A stretch of 64,000 nt of DNA from Octopus sinensis (taxonomy: Eukaryota), in the NCBI RefSeq assembly GCF_006345805.1, contig NC_043006.1:92008001-92072000 (forward strand), in the 5' to 3' direction. Below, in pieces: positions 1-13,225 of the stretch. The position numbers and the translations under genes were made by a program. Under the pieces are notes generated by a model that made no database searches, was not told the DNA's origin, and saw nothing but the letters and a program-made list of their open reading frames with translations. The number at the start of each line of letters is the position of its first letter. The stretch's first letter is position 1.

Positions 1-454
1 ATAGTTTACATTGACAGTTTAAGAATGATAAAATTAATGACATTTTTAATCATTTCTGCAATAACACCGACTTTTAAAATCCATGACACATATTTAGAGC
101 GATAAAGAAGCGAGACAGTTATGAAAAACGTCAACTACATTTGTCCCTTCCTGTGGCAACATGGATAAAGTTTTGGAGAAAGATGAGGAAGCGTAAATAT
201 TTAGGCTGGGTAATTGATAGATACGATTACTGCATTGAAAGCATGAAACAAATCAAGAGATCATGTTGTAATGTTGTATTGCAACTGGGATGACTGAAGA
301 AGGCTAATGAAGATTGTCAGTGAAACAACTGCTACAAGAATACTGCTGCAACTGTATAACTCTGCTGGAGCAGCTCTGGTATAAGGGTCATAAAACTATA
401 GCTGGATCACCTCTGCTATAACTTTGCTGGAACAATACGCAACAGCAGAAGCAT

Positions 455-635
455 TGCAAATACGCCTTTTGTCTTTTACTTGTTTTAGTCATGAGACTGC
501 GGCCATGCCGAGCTGGACCAACGCCTTGAAGAATTCTAGTCGAAGGATCGACCCCAGTCTTGTTTTTGTTTTAGCCCGGTACTTACTCTATAAGTTACTT
601 TCGCTGAACTAAGTTACTGGGACGTAAATACACAC
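455..635 (-). mobile_element. SINE 3' tail fragment (composite SINE family B)
   Basis: Reverse complement matches the tail at 13020-13225 and 31578-31760 (ccagcatggccgcag...gactaaaacaagt; gatcgacccc). Confidence 0.75.
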
Positions 636-719
636 ACACACACACACATATACATATATACATACACACACATGCACACACACATATATACACACACAAA
701 TAAAATTTACATATCTCAT

Positions 720-1054
720 TAAAGGATGATAAAATCAAATGAAAATACTGGTTAGTTACCTATTCAAAAAGTGTTGAACATTATAATTAATATTCAACTG
801 TAACAAAAGTAGATAAACTGTGGTTTATATATATTTTAAGAAGATAAGAAGATAGAGAGATAATTAATTACTATTTATTAATAAAATATTATTCATCGTC
901 TCTGACAGCTGTTTCGATTGCAGATCTTTGGAAATTAATTACCATAATTAAAACCATTTAAAAGTAGAATTTCATCAGAGTTGGCTAAAGATATACAATT
1001 AGATGTTCCTATTCCTGCTTCTTGAGTATATGGCTCCAAACCGTTAACTGATAA

Positions 1055-1094
<40 letters not shown>

Positions 1095-2740
1095 GGTATA
1101 AACCTTACAAAGAGAAGGAAGGTAGAATATTTATTGGAGTTATAATACAAGTAAGAATAGAACAATATATCATTCTAGGGTGTTAAATAAAAGAAAATGC
1201 GAAAGTAGGTGTATGAGTATAATTGCAATATATTACAATGTATTAAGCACCAATACTAATGCTGCAGATAAGCAGTGCGTAAATTAGTATTAGTAAACTG
1301 ATAAGGGAATAAAATAGAAATTAAAAATTAAAAAATAAAGTATAAATTAGATTAAAAATAAGGGGGAAATCCATAAAATAGCTGATAATTAAAGATTAAA
1401 TGTGTATGCAATCAAAAGAATGACTATAGTTAACGGTGGATTCTTTTGGGTCGATCATAATGCAATATAATTAGATAATATACACGGGAAAATTCAAAAA
1501 CCCTAAAATAAAACAAAATAAGTTAATAGCATAAGATATTGTATGTTATTGCGTAGTTAAGTGGTAGCTTTTTCTTTCTCTCATTCATTAATTTCAGTAA
1601 TCTGTTTTGATTTGGTTCCAGTAATGTATTAATTTATTATCTCCCCTTGTCTATCAACTTTTATTTATGCCTGTCCATATACATGTGTTTCATAACTACA
1701 TTGTATTTCTGACTGAAGTATATATTTGTTCCTCGCATCCACTGGCTCTATATTGATATATTAATATAGGAGATAACAATATATTAATATATTTATATTG
1801 TATCATGCTTTAATTATCCTCTGGCTAAATATTTAAGTACAGAGATATTTCTTAAATTACCTCCTTTTGAATTGTCTTTCTCTCTTAACCCATTAAATCC
1901 CAGAGTATTTACATTTCTGAATATTATTTAAAAAATTTTACAAATGATTGAAAATAGGTTTTTAAAAAAACGTTTAAAACTCCTTTACTTCAAGTAGAAA
2001 TGGAAATACTCGGTGTCCAATAAATAGGACACTGAGACGATGTAATATAGCTTATTTAATGTTCTCATTTACTTTTTATAGGACAGTGGGACTTAATAGG
2101 TTAATAATAATATTATTTACGGTGTTTTCTCTTCGTAAGTACATCAAACCCATTATTTATTTATTTATGCTAATAGCTTACGGGGCTTAAGTTTTAAATT
2201 TTGCTGCTTAAACCATAACTTTGGCTATATTATCGATAAGCTTATATAATTATATACCCCAGCTCTATCTAATTACTTGTCCATTGTACACAAAATTCCC
2301 AGTTTCCGCTATATAACAAACTCTTACTTCCGGTTTTCAAGACATCATATTTAAATTATTTTAAAAATAAGTTTTAATTAAATCCTTATATATTGACCCC
2401 GCTTTATGCCCTTATTCTTATAAGCATAGATATACTTCCTTCTTATTTATTTATGGTTTTAACCTGAAGCATTATCTTCTTCCACTATACATATTTCCGG
2501 TATTTTCTCTGGAACGCTGAAAATTTTAATATTCTAACCAATAGTATTTTATTTGTCTGACTCAATATTTCTCTCAGGGGTGACAGACGCTAATAAAGGA
2601 AGTTTATTTTATCTTACTTTTATGTTTTATTTTTATCATCAAAATATTTAATTTTTTCTGCTTACCCATTGTTATATAAAATCTGATTCTATTTTTATTA
2701 AACACTTTTGAAATTAATAAATATTCAAGCGTAGCTAAGA
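720..2740 (-). mobile_element. Heavily decayed Penelope-like element remnant(s)
   Basis: Minus-strand translation near 2600-2740 gives KVFNKNRIRFYITM, resembling the PLE post-RT motif IFNxNxIKxSYSCM. HCPIKSK and LWDL pieces at 1900-2100 resemble the linker/GIY-YIG region at 61300-61700. A hammerhead core lies at 902-980. Confidence 0.45.
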
Positions 2741-2741
<1 letters not shown>

Positions 2742-2820
<79 letters not shown>

Positions 2821-2830
2821 TAATAATAAT
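2742..2830 (+). repeat. (TAA)n microsatellite
   Basis: Directly visible; source of the poly-Ile ORF 2604-2864. Confidence 0.95.
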
Positions 2831-3180
2831 AGAAAGAAAGAATACTATAGAGGAGTGAGAGCAATACTAAAAACAGAGCTCAATGCTAAAAACAAGATAA
2901 TAGGTATTAAAACTTTAGCCGTCCCAGTTATAAGCTACAGCTACAATATCCTTAATTGGACGCTAAATGAACTAACCAAAATTAGACAAGAAAATAAAAA
3001 AATAATGACAGGATCTAGGATGCACCACCCAAAATCTTACATAGAAAGGCTATATATACAACGTATAGAAGGTGGTAAAGGCCTTATACAGCTGAAAAAA
3101 CTATTATAAAATAACCACCATAGGACTGCAAAAATACCTACTTCAGAAGCAAGGAAAACTGATACAAATAGCCGCAAGGT
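2831..3180 (+). mobile_element. R4/Dong-type non-LTR retrotransposon RT C-terminal fragment
   Basis: ORF 2855-3109 ILKTELNAKNKI...AVPVISYS...LNWT...HHPKSYIERLYIQRIEGGKGL matches the R4/Dong post-RT signature (HHPKxDxxRLYxxRxxGGRGL). Confidence 0.8.
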
Positions 3181-3789
3181 AGGATCGGCGGCATTTGAAC
3201 AGCGAAAGTAGTCATTTGAAAGTAAAACTGTGAAGAATTCTAGCCAACGTCGTGACGCTATCTGAAGAAATATATTTCAAAGATTTGAGCCGTTGTGATT
3301 GATGACTATTTCTAGAGAAATTTCACAGACACATCTCCCTGAAATAACTCCCTACCGTTTCACAAAAGAAAACTGCATTATAGAGTCCAAGCCATAATGT
3401 ATCTGAAAAGTGAAAGCCAGCACAGTTACCACTGGAACGTTTGCGATCAATTTTTCAGTTCAAAGGAAAATGGTAAGGGCTTATAGAATACGGTAAAAGT
3501 AATTTGTAAAACAAGCAAAGAAAACGTAGAAAATCTATATATTAAGAAACGCGAATAAAATTCTGCTGCTCGCCATTAGTATCCGTGTCATCTCAATTAC
3601 TTTCTTCTAGGGACTACAACAGAAATTTTAATAACCTCCGCAGCTCATGTCTAGTAATTTATTTATACGATAACAAATCACATTGCCTTACTTTTTTTCT
3701 TTGTTACTTCCTATTCACTCTATCTATTTTTGTTTCCTTTGTGCGTTTGTTTCGTTGTTTCTTTCATACTCTCTTTCTTTCTCGGTTTC

Positions 3790-3829
3790 TCTGTTATACA
3801 TACACACACATACATATATACATACATAT

Positions 3830-3870
<41 letters not shown>

Positions 3871-3885
3871 TGAGTGTATTTTATT

Positions 3886-3933
<48 letters not shown>

Positions 3934-3960
3934 ATTATGTGTGTGTGCGCGCGCGCACAT
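3790..3960. repeat. Compound (CA)/(TACA)/(TA)/(TG) microsatellite
   Basis: Directly visible. Confidence 0.95.
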
Positions 3961-4549
3961 GTGGTATGAACAGTCCTTCCCTCTCGACGCTTCCTGCAAT
4001 TTTTATTCCTATCTGAATGCAGTCATATATTCTTCTTTTTTTCTCTTTATGTTATTTGGAAGAGAAACAAAACGATAAAGTTATGTTGTTCGTAGGTTTT
4101 ACACTCGTGAAAAGCTTCTGTTTCTCTCAAGTATTCTGTTTCTCGACAGTTAATTCTCTTTTTTTGTTAATTTTACTTTGGCAGTGGCTCTCCTTTGTCG
4201 TTCTTTTGCTATGCATCTTGTTATTTCAAGGAATAAAATCAGTTCTCATGTGACTAGTCAAACAATAAACGTAATCAACCATTACGTCACTGACTGCAGT
4301 ATCCGAGGAAGTTAAATCGATTACAAGTGCTGAGGTTTTAAAAGCGAAAGTGAAAGTAGTTACAGAAAAAAAATCAAAGTTCTTATTTCATCAAGACACA
4401 TCTAGCATAAAACTATGGAAATAGCAAGAAGTTATGCTGCAGCACCATGGAAAGCAAACAAAATTCATAGCTGAAACAAGTCGGGGAGAAAAAAACAAAT
4501 AATTTTAAAGACAAATATAATATATATAATATATAATATATATAATATA

Positions 4550-4600
<51 letters not shown>

Positions 4601-6914
4601 ACACCCACACGCAATTGTTCCCGTACAAGTGTATGCAAAGGATTGAATTAATCCAATAGCTAACGAACTAAAAGCCATGTTTGCCTCCCTAAGTTAACAC
4701 TCATCAACAGTTTCAAAATATATCCCGTAATATTTTCGTTCTTATTAAAGAATAATCTTCTGAGTAAAACCCTTAAATTATCTTTCATTATAAGTCGTAG
4801 TTATTGTAATCGCTACTACAGTACCTTTCGTTTAATATCAATTTTTCTAATGCATGTTATATCACTGATATCTTTCTGAAATATACAACTGGTATTCATA
4901 TAATCATTGTGCTACTATTTATTATTTTTATATTCCTTTCTGTTTTTTCTTGAGTTTGATTAATATTTTTATTAACATTATGTAGTTTCAACCTTCTTCT
5001 TTTAATACCATATGTTGTAGTCAGCTGTGAAAGTTTTTAATTCCTGCATGTACTGAGCTGTGTTCTATAAATTATACCCTTTATTCACAATTATGGGATC
5101 TTTAACCAACGCAAAATAAAAGAATATTTTCCTTTCCTCTTTATTGATTTTATTAATCAATTCCCAAATAGTTTTGTTTCTGGTAAACTTGTACTGTTCT
5201 CTGTATCGCTAAATTCATAGAACATTTCTAGGACTTGGACTGAGATGATTCGACTCCAATCAATTAAACTTGCGGTGTGTTCATCTATTCTGTAAATGAA
5301 TTGGTAGCATAAGTCAAATACAGCGTAAGCAAATGGAAATCGAAAAGTGGATACTAGAATAATTTTATCGGATTCTTCTTCGCTTACAGCGCTTACCACA
5401 ACAGATATATATTAATGATTTCAACATTTGTTTAAGCATAAAAACAACAACAAAATAGAAACTTAAAATGACCAGTTTTTGTCTCAAGAAATTCTACATT
5501 TATTCCGTTCATTTTATAATTGCATTTACGTTGAATTTCCATGCTGTAATATATCATGTATTTTACTCCTAAGTTTCAATTACATGTAATTAAGAGATAT
5601 ATTCACGTTGAATTATGGTATAATCTATTTCGTATGTTGCACGAAATGAATTGATAGATCACCCATACTTTGGTAGCATTTTGGAAGTTGAACTCTTGTC
5701 TATTATATTGATGCCTTGAATTGATATGTCGATACCGCTAAATTATCATCGCTGTTGATTTTTGGAGACCAAGAAAATTAATTGATTAAACCCAGTTGTT
5801 AAATGTACCGATTTACTCGCAAATTATGCATGTTTGCTATCTTCTCGTTTTGCAGATACGCTCATCGGCTACATGCACAGCGTATTGAGACCCCAAAATT
5901 TTACTCATATTGTTAAAGTTTTCATTAGTAAAAAAAATCCTTTGTGATGTTCTTGTGACTTCAGTTGATCGCTCAATGAATTAATTTTATTTTTACTAAG
6001 ATTTCTCACAGATTTCTCACAGTGAAGTGAAACAGTAAAGATGGATAACTGTGTTGTTCTACATGTGAACATGGATGTGTTCATTTCATGTGTGTGCATG
6101 TGTGTTTGTGTATGTGTGTGGAATCATGAGCGTGTTCTTGTTTCCATGAATTTGCCGATCATCTACATTGAAATATGTAAAACATAGATACATTTTAATT
6201 TTGTTAAAATCGTGTAAATTTGGCAGTTAATGACAGACGCATTGAAATAACTTTAAACTAGTGGTCTTCTCCATGAGGTGACATCAGAAACAAGATTTCT
6301 TGAACACTAATCTATTTCGAAAGAGATGATGTTAATTGAAACTCTATTTTTTGAAAGCCAGATGCACTGTTATAAGATTATTATTATTTAAATTAAGCAA
6401 CTATTCAATAATGAGAACATATTTCCTTAGGATTTAGATAAAGTTTAGCGTGGTCCTTATTTTCAGAATGACACAATGACTTTGTGAATAGAAATGCAAT
6501 ATCTCAAAATACCAAACGAACATCACTACATCGATATAGATAAACTTTGCAGTTTAGTCATATATTAGCAGCAAAATATCTTCCTGATAATGTAACTACT
6601 TAAAACTTTGTCAAGGATCTTAAATCATTGAATAAAAAACTGCAAAGATTGGAATAAATATATAAAAATCTTCACTTGAATGAAATGTCTTAATAAGAAT
6701 TGAGAGATGCTAAAGTAAATTAGCCATTTTTGCGCTGTCCTAAACCAACCAGAAATAGAATTAATCGAATTAGTGTTATATCTGTCTGTATTTGCTGTCG
6801 AAACCCTCACAAAGGGATACAATATTATGAGCAGGCAATTTCAAGACACCAAAATTAGAATATTATTGTGTTCGAATATAATACAGCTCCTAAACTCATA
6901 CATCGTTGCCATAC

Positions 6915-6938
6915 ACGCGCGCGCACATATATATATAT

Positions 6939-7024
<86 letters not shown>

Positions 7025-7258
7025 CAAGAGAACTAACAAAGAATGTGAGGATTTGGAGAGTCAGATTTATCAAATAATCTATTGACTGTTGGTTTCAAAA
7101 GGCATCTTTAACTATTAATAATTACTTTCTTGAAATGTTCGGAAAACACGAAAATGATAAATTTATGAGAAAGTGTAATGTTGATCATAATAAGGATGAT
7201 AGAGCATCTGAAGAAAGAAGACTTATAGAAAAGTTTCCCACCAAAGTGAAATTCTTGG

Positions 7259-7294
<36 letters not shown>

Positions 7295-7382
7295 ACACAT
7301 ATATGTATAATATATATATACATATATATATATATATGTATATATATATACACACACACACATATATATATATACATATATA

Positions 7383-7414
<32 letters not shown>

Positions 7415-7483
7415 AAGAGAGAGAGAGAGATAAAGAAGCGAGATAGACAGATAGGTAGGTATGCTTGTACGTATGCGATTTTA

Positions 7484-7569
<86 letters not shown>

Positions 7570-7660
7570 ATCTTGATATACGATTAATATAAATACACAA
7601 ACAGGTATATATGTTTCACACACAAACGCACACACATACACACACATATGAATATGTGTT
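6915..7660. repeat. Cluster of (TA)n, (TG)n, (CA)n and (GA)n microsatellites with short unique spacers
   Basis: Directly visible; explains the YI/CV/HT-repeat ORFs. Confidence 0.9.
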
Positions 7661-8160
7661 CATATGTGCGTGTACATGTATGTGTGCGCTTATGTATGTT
7701 TGTGTTTATATGCGTATATGTGCATGCGTGTAAGTAGTTGTTTGCAAACAAACACATTACGTGATATTGTTTTACATAGCCAAAAGGCGTTCGGTTTTAC
7801 AGAGGCTGAGAAGTCTGATTTTGATGTTCCATTAACAGACACAGTTGGATAGTATATAAAATAATTCTCTATTGAATAAACTGAAGACATGAAGAACTGA
7901 CTACATGAACCGACTTCTTCGCAATAAAGGAACAAACCTCTTTACAATTTTTAATACATTGAAAGGACTGCGTTGAAAGATCTTGCCATACTCTAACACC
8001 AAGAAAATACATGGTAAATTTGTTGGATATATTGTGATCGAATTTGTGGAGGACATTATGAGTAAATAAGTTTCAAAATTATGTTTAAGCGATCAAATTT
8101 AGGCCCAGATTTGAAATATACCTTCTTATTTATCAAGGATGTGATCCTGAAATATATATA

Positions 8161-8311
8161 ATTTTCTTTACTACCCACAAGGGCCTAAACACAGAGGGGA
8201 CAAACAAGGACAGACAAAGGGATCAAGTCGATTATATTAACCCCAGTGCGTAACTGGTACTTAATTTATCGACCCCGAAAGGATGAAAGGCAAAGTCGAC
8301 CTCGGCGGAAT
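8161..8311 (-). mobile_element. tRNA-derived SINE family A, 5'-truncated
   Basis: Reverse complement of the core ccgccgaggtcgactttgcctttcatcctttcggggtcgataaattaagtaccag, shared with 58690-58921. Confidence 0.85.
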
Positions 8312-9999
8312 CCTTAAATACATATATGTTTATATATATATATATATATATATTGTTTAGGTTGGAATAACTGAATGAATATGTTCACATCAATGAATGG
8401 CTTAACAGGAAGAGAGAGATGTGATGGAAGTGAGAAGTTTGAAATGAAATATGAATTAACCATTTTTGTCTGTATGCCGAAAAGGATATATTAGGAGGTA
8501 TTGATGGAGCAAATATTTATGAAATATTTAGTAGAAAATATATTCTATAGCATCATTATTTACAGAGATGTACATGACTTGAATTTTAATATAATGCAAA
8601 TTAAATTTTCTGAACAATAGATATCTGGGAGAAGCAAAAGCGAAGTGAGAAGGCAACTTCGAATTTATATAGAGAAATAAGTCCGGAAGACTTTTCTGTA
8701 ATTAGCATATGAATGCATCCTCTTAATGCACTGCAGCCGATTATGAAGAGTTGATAGAAAGTTGGATTTATATTTAGAAACTGATAAAAGCATGGTATAA
8801 GCAAACTAACATAATACATTGTGATAGACAGCAGTAGTGAGAAATTATTTTCTTTGCCACCCGACGGCGAAGGGTCCAATTTACTATGAAATAATTCCAG
8901 TTATTGATCCAACGACATACTAATGATAATATATTTTTGTAGCTTAATTTAATGGTGAACGGTAGAATGTATGATTTTCTGCTGACCTTCGGAAACGGAG
9001 GAACAAACTACGGCTCATGGGTTATTTTGATATCGAAACCTTGGCCACAAAGTTTGTAGCTTCAGCCTGTGACGGTGTCAAAGAGGACGGCGCTTCCAGT
9101 CAACTACCTAAGAACAGATGTATCTATTCGATTGGCTTTCCATAGCTTTTGTTCGTGAAAGCTTGGCTCAAAGCATGGCTCACTAAAAATTAAATACATG
9201 CCTAAGAAATCCGTGCAGTAGCATAACATCTGGTTTGATCAGGTTGTTGCAGAATTCCATGATTACACATTCGGTAATGAATAAGCTAGCAAATTAACGT
9301 AATTGAATTATTTTGTGATGTATTATGGTATTCACAGAGTTTTGCTATGATACCAGTATACGTTGTTCTTCATCCTCTAGCTGCAGATTAAATGTACACC
9401 TCTAATATACTCGTTAAATTTGCGCACATATTTAGAAGGAAAAGAAACAAATATTGAGCAGCAACTGATCACATATTTTCCGGATATAATTGAATAAAGC
9501 AATGCTTGTAATTGCCTGATACTTAATCGATTGGGATTACTATCAGCATTGAGATTAACATATGAGTTGACAGCGGTGGTATTTGAAATCTGAACGCTAA
9601 AGATTGAAGAACTGAAATGATATTAGGTATGAAGATTAACTACGTATCTTATTTGGCACAACACACATGCTATATAACGTTAGTTATTGCGACATCGTAT
9701 ATTATAGTAATAATATATTTCAATACAAAATTACTGCTCGTGTATAAATTACGATTTTCACATTAAATTAAGTATAAATACCACATGTATAGGATTCAGC
9801 TCTGGTCTCTGTTATATATTTGCACCAATATTATATCTTAAGAAATTGGTTTGCAACAATTTGTCTGTCATATTCTGCCAGCGAAAATGTAAATGCATGA
9901 TTGATTCACAGAATGTTAGCCCTAACGTACCGTGAATTTCGGGCTTATTTGTATCGGATATAATTTCACCTTTTCTCACAAACTGTACACAGAAACACA

Positions 10000-10054
<55 letters not shown>

Positions 10055-11370
10055 TTCAATATGCAGTGCAAAAAGAAATTTACCTCTATGAATGTTACGT
10101 AAATTATCTTAGGTTACAACTCATTTCATTCTAAAATATTATTCTGACATGTCTACTGAAGAGAAATGAGAATTTATTTCTATATTGAATTAGGCTCAAC
10201 GCCTTTAAATCAGTTGGCAATACGCGTTATGATAAAATGATTCATAGAAATTTATTTGATCGCAAGATTACGTAATAAGTATTCTGCATTTCACAATGTA
10301 AATTTCAATGTCTTCCCGCATCATCTCTATTATCAACGAAAATCAGAACGTCAATCTCAACATGCAGAATACAACAAGAATAAACCCCACAAATTCTCAT
10401 TATTTGGCAGTTTTGAAGCACATAATTACATTTTCGAACAGATGTATTGATATTATTTTTCTCCATCTTATGAAGTGCAACTTTATGAGATAACTTTCCG
10501 TAACTTGTCATTCAGAAACAATACTTCATTACAGCGTATTCAGTTTGAAAGATACCATTATCGCATTAAAGATATGACTAGATACTTGCACGAGCTTTTC
10601 TCATTAAGTAACTTTTACATCTGTCACATAGTCTCGTAAGTCTTTCCCTAAAGTCATTACACACTATATTTCAAGATTAGTGAAAAATAAACTGTCAAAA
10701 TCCGTGGATTCTTTGTTGAAATGTATTTATCATGTGCAAAATAAGTTGATAAACAGCACATCGTTTGTTCAGTTAACAACTCTCAGTGTGCACGGTCTTT
10801 GTTCATTTGCAGTATTTACCTCTGCATAGAAAGCGATACAAATGAAATAAATTTATTTATAACCCATGTTTAGCAACTTTGCTATTCAGAATTTAAAATA
10901 ATTTCCAGTTTGGGACTCGTAAACAATATATATTCCATGTTCTGCAGCAATCACGATGGATATTTTCTGTTGATTCTGTTCTAAATCTTTCCCAATATAT
11001 TTACCCAAGTATTTCTTGGAAGTATATGTCTTTATCATGTTTTCTCTAATGTTTAATATAGTCTGTTTATATTTTAACTAAACTTCTCAGTAAATAAAAT
11101 ATAATGAGATTAATCTTGTCCATCAAAAAATTAAGTTGTTTAAACTTCTTACGTAATCAATTCCAAATTCTATAATTATCGAAATGTTTGCCAATCTTCT
11201 ATTCATGTGATTCATAATCACATATCTGATAAATTTCGATGCGTTATCAGATACGAAGCTGTAAGTATTCAACACATTCCAACACCTAATGCATACAATT
11301 ATATATCTGTATGTGTGTGTGTGTGTATCATTGTTAAAAAGGACAACAAACATTAAAGCAAGACAAACGT

Positions 11371-11583
11371 TATTATTCTTTTCTACTCTAGGCACAAGGC
11401 CCGACATTTTTGGGAAGGGGGCCAGTTGATTAGATCGACCCCAGTACGCAACTTGTACTTAATTTATCGACCCTGAAAGGATGAAAGGCAAAGTCGACCT
11501 CGGCGGAATTTGAACTCAGAACGTAAAGACAGACGAATTACCGCTAAGCATTTCGCCCGGCGTGCTAACGTTTCTGCCAGCTC
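11371..11583 (-). mobile_element. tRNA-derived SINE family A
   Basis: Head gagctggcagaaacgttagc...gagttcaaattcc (A/B-box-like) plus the family core. Confidence 0.9.
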
Positions 11584-12361
11584 AAAACGTTCTCGGAATA
11601 GTTATGCTTAATATAAAAAATAACGTATTTACTTAAGTTTTAACCTCATCCCCTTCGAAATAATCCCCTCGTGCAGCAATATATCGGTCGCAGTGTTCCT
11701 CCCACTTTCGGAATCCGGTCTGGAAGTTGTTTTGCGTAAGCGAGTCAAGGACCTTCTGCGATTCGCACTAAATCTCGACAACTGTGTTAATACGACGCCC
11801 TTTGAGCGGCATTTTCCTCTTGGGAAAGAGATGGAAATATGCAGGCGTTAAATCAGGAGAACAGGGCGGGTGCAGAAGCGACACCTTGTTGTTTTCGGCG
11901 AGAAACTCACCAGTGAGGAGAGCTCGGTGAAGAATCCAATTTTTCGTGCTTCACGGCTCCCGTTACTTTTGCTGAATGTCTCCCGCAAGTGCTTTGAAAC
12001 GTCGGGCTAGAACTCTCGATTGCCGGTCTGGCCCTGGGTGACGCTCGTGTCAGGTTTTCCTGACCGCTCATCATCTTCCGCTTTTGAAGCACCCATGCCG
12101 CTTGAAACAATGCGTGCAACCCATTGTCTCGTCGACGTAAGCTTGCCGAAGCATACTCCCCAGTTTATCGCAAAATTTCTCGTTGGCACTTTGTTCCTTT
12201 CCATGACAAAATCGCTGACTACAATATACACGTAATCACAGCAACACAAATTTCACAACTTGCGAAGGAATCACAGTGATGTCACTCGCCTCATCCAACC
12301 GTGTGCTGCCCTATGTTGGCTCGCAACAGAACTAGTCTGGTAACCTTTTGATGCTACCTCA
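11582..12361 (-). mobile_element. Internally deleted mariner element
   Basis: Right TIR read on the minus strand is (ta)tgaggtagcatcaaaaggttacc, with TA at 12362-63. The left TIR remnant is tcaaaacgttctcggaatag. Translation gives a mariner N-terminus (EDDERSGKP) and C-terminus (WEEHCDRYIAARGDYFEG). Confidence 0.8.
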
Positions 12362-12369
12362 TACTGGTA

Positions 12370-12566
12370 CGAGAGGATGCTGTAAGGTTCCTAGCTTTGG
12401 GTAAAAGAACATACAGGAAGCTCAGTTATTATTTTAGTCAACATATTCCATTCTGAGATTGACACACTTATTGCAGCGGTCCTTCAGTTTTTCTAAAGAA
12501 CTCGGAGGTTGGGGCTCCAACCAAGCCTTTCGCGACACATTTAAAAGAACTTTTCGGCACCCCTCT
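12370..12566. mobile_element. Mariner-derived MITE
   Basis: TA-flanked imperfect TIRs cgagaggatgctgtaaggttc / gaacttttcggcacccctct. Confidence 0.7.
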
Positions 12567-13004
12567 TATGTGTGCGCGCGCGCGTGTATGTGAACTTTAG
12601 GTCAGTTAAAATATGTGACTTTTAAATTCTAAATGCACATACATTGAAATTATCGCGGAGAAAAAGTTCTCTCTTTTGGTCAAAAGGTTTAAAAACACCA
12701 AATCTGTTCAGTTAGGAGAAGAAAGAAAATAGCCGATGATCACGTGGAAGCCACGTGCGCAAGGGAGGAAGCGTGAGGGAGAGAGAGTGACATAGTAATA
12801 GGAGAAGAGGAGGTAAAAGAATAAGAGAGTGAAAGAGAGAAAAACGGAGTAAAAAGATCGTATAGAGTGCGCATCAGAATTATTAGTGTTTTACCAAAAA
12901 GGAAACTACAATTGCAACTAAGTATGACTAGGGCGTTAGAACAGTTACATTGCTAGAAATAAGAGCTAAAATGCTCTAAAACTATAGTTAAAGCACGTAC
13001 TATA

Positions 13005-13225
13005 TGTGTGTGCGTGTTTGTGTGTCTGTGTCTGTTCTCCACCATCGCTTGGCAACCGATGCTGGTGTGTTTACGTCCCCGTAAGTTAGCGATTCGGCTA
13101 AAGAAACCGATAGAATAAGTACTAGACTTACAAAGAACAAGTCCTGAGATCGATTTGTTCGACTAAAGGCGATGCTCCAGCATGGCCGTTGTCAAATGAC
13201 TGAAACAAATAAAAGAATAGAAGAA
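13005..13225 (+). mobile_element. SINE family B 3' module after (TG)n
   Basis: ccaccatcgcttggcaaccgatgctggtgtgtttacgtccccg...ccagcatggccg...gactgaaacaa recurs at 27098, 31578 and 57480. Confidence 0.85.

Noticed and set aside
10256-10511. Three overlapping open frames, including a YSCC motif suggestive of a Cys-loop receptor
   Set aside because: No other receptor motifs or spacing match; short ORFs are expected by chance.
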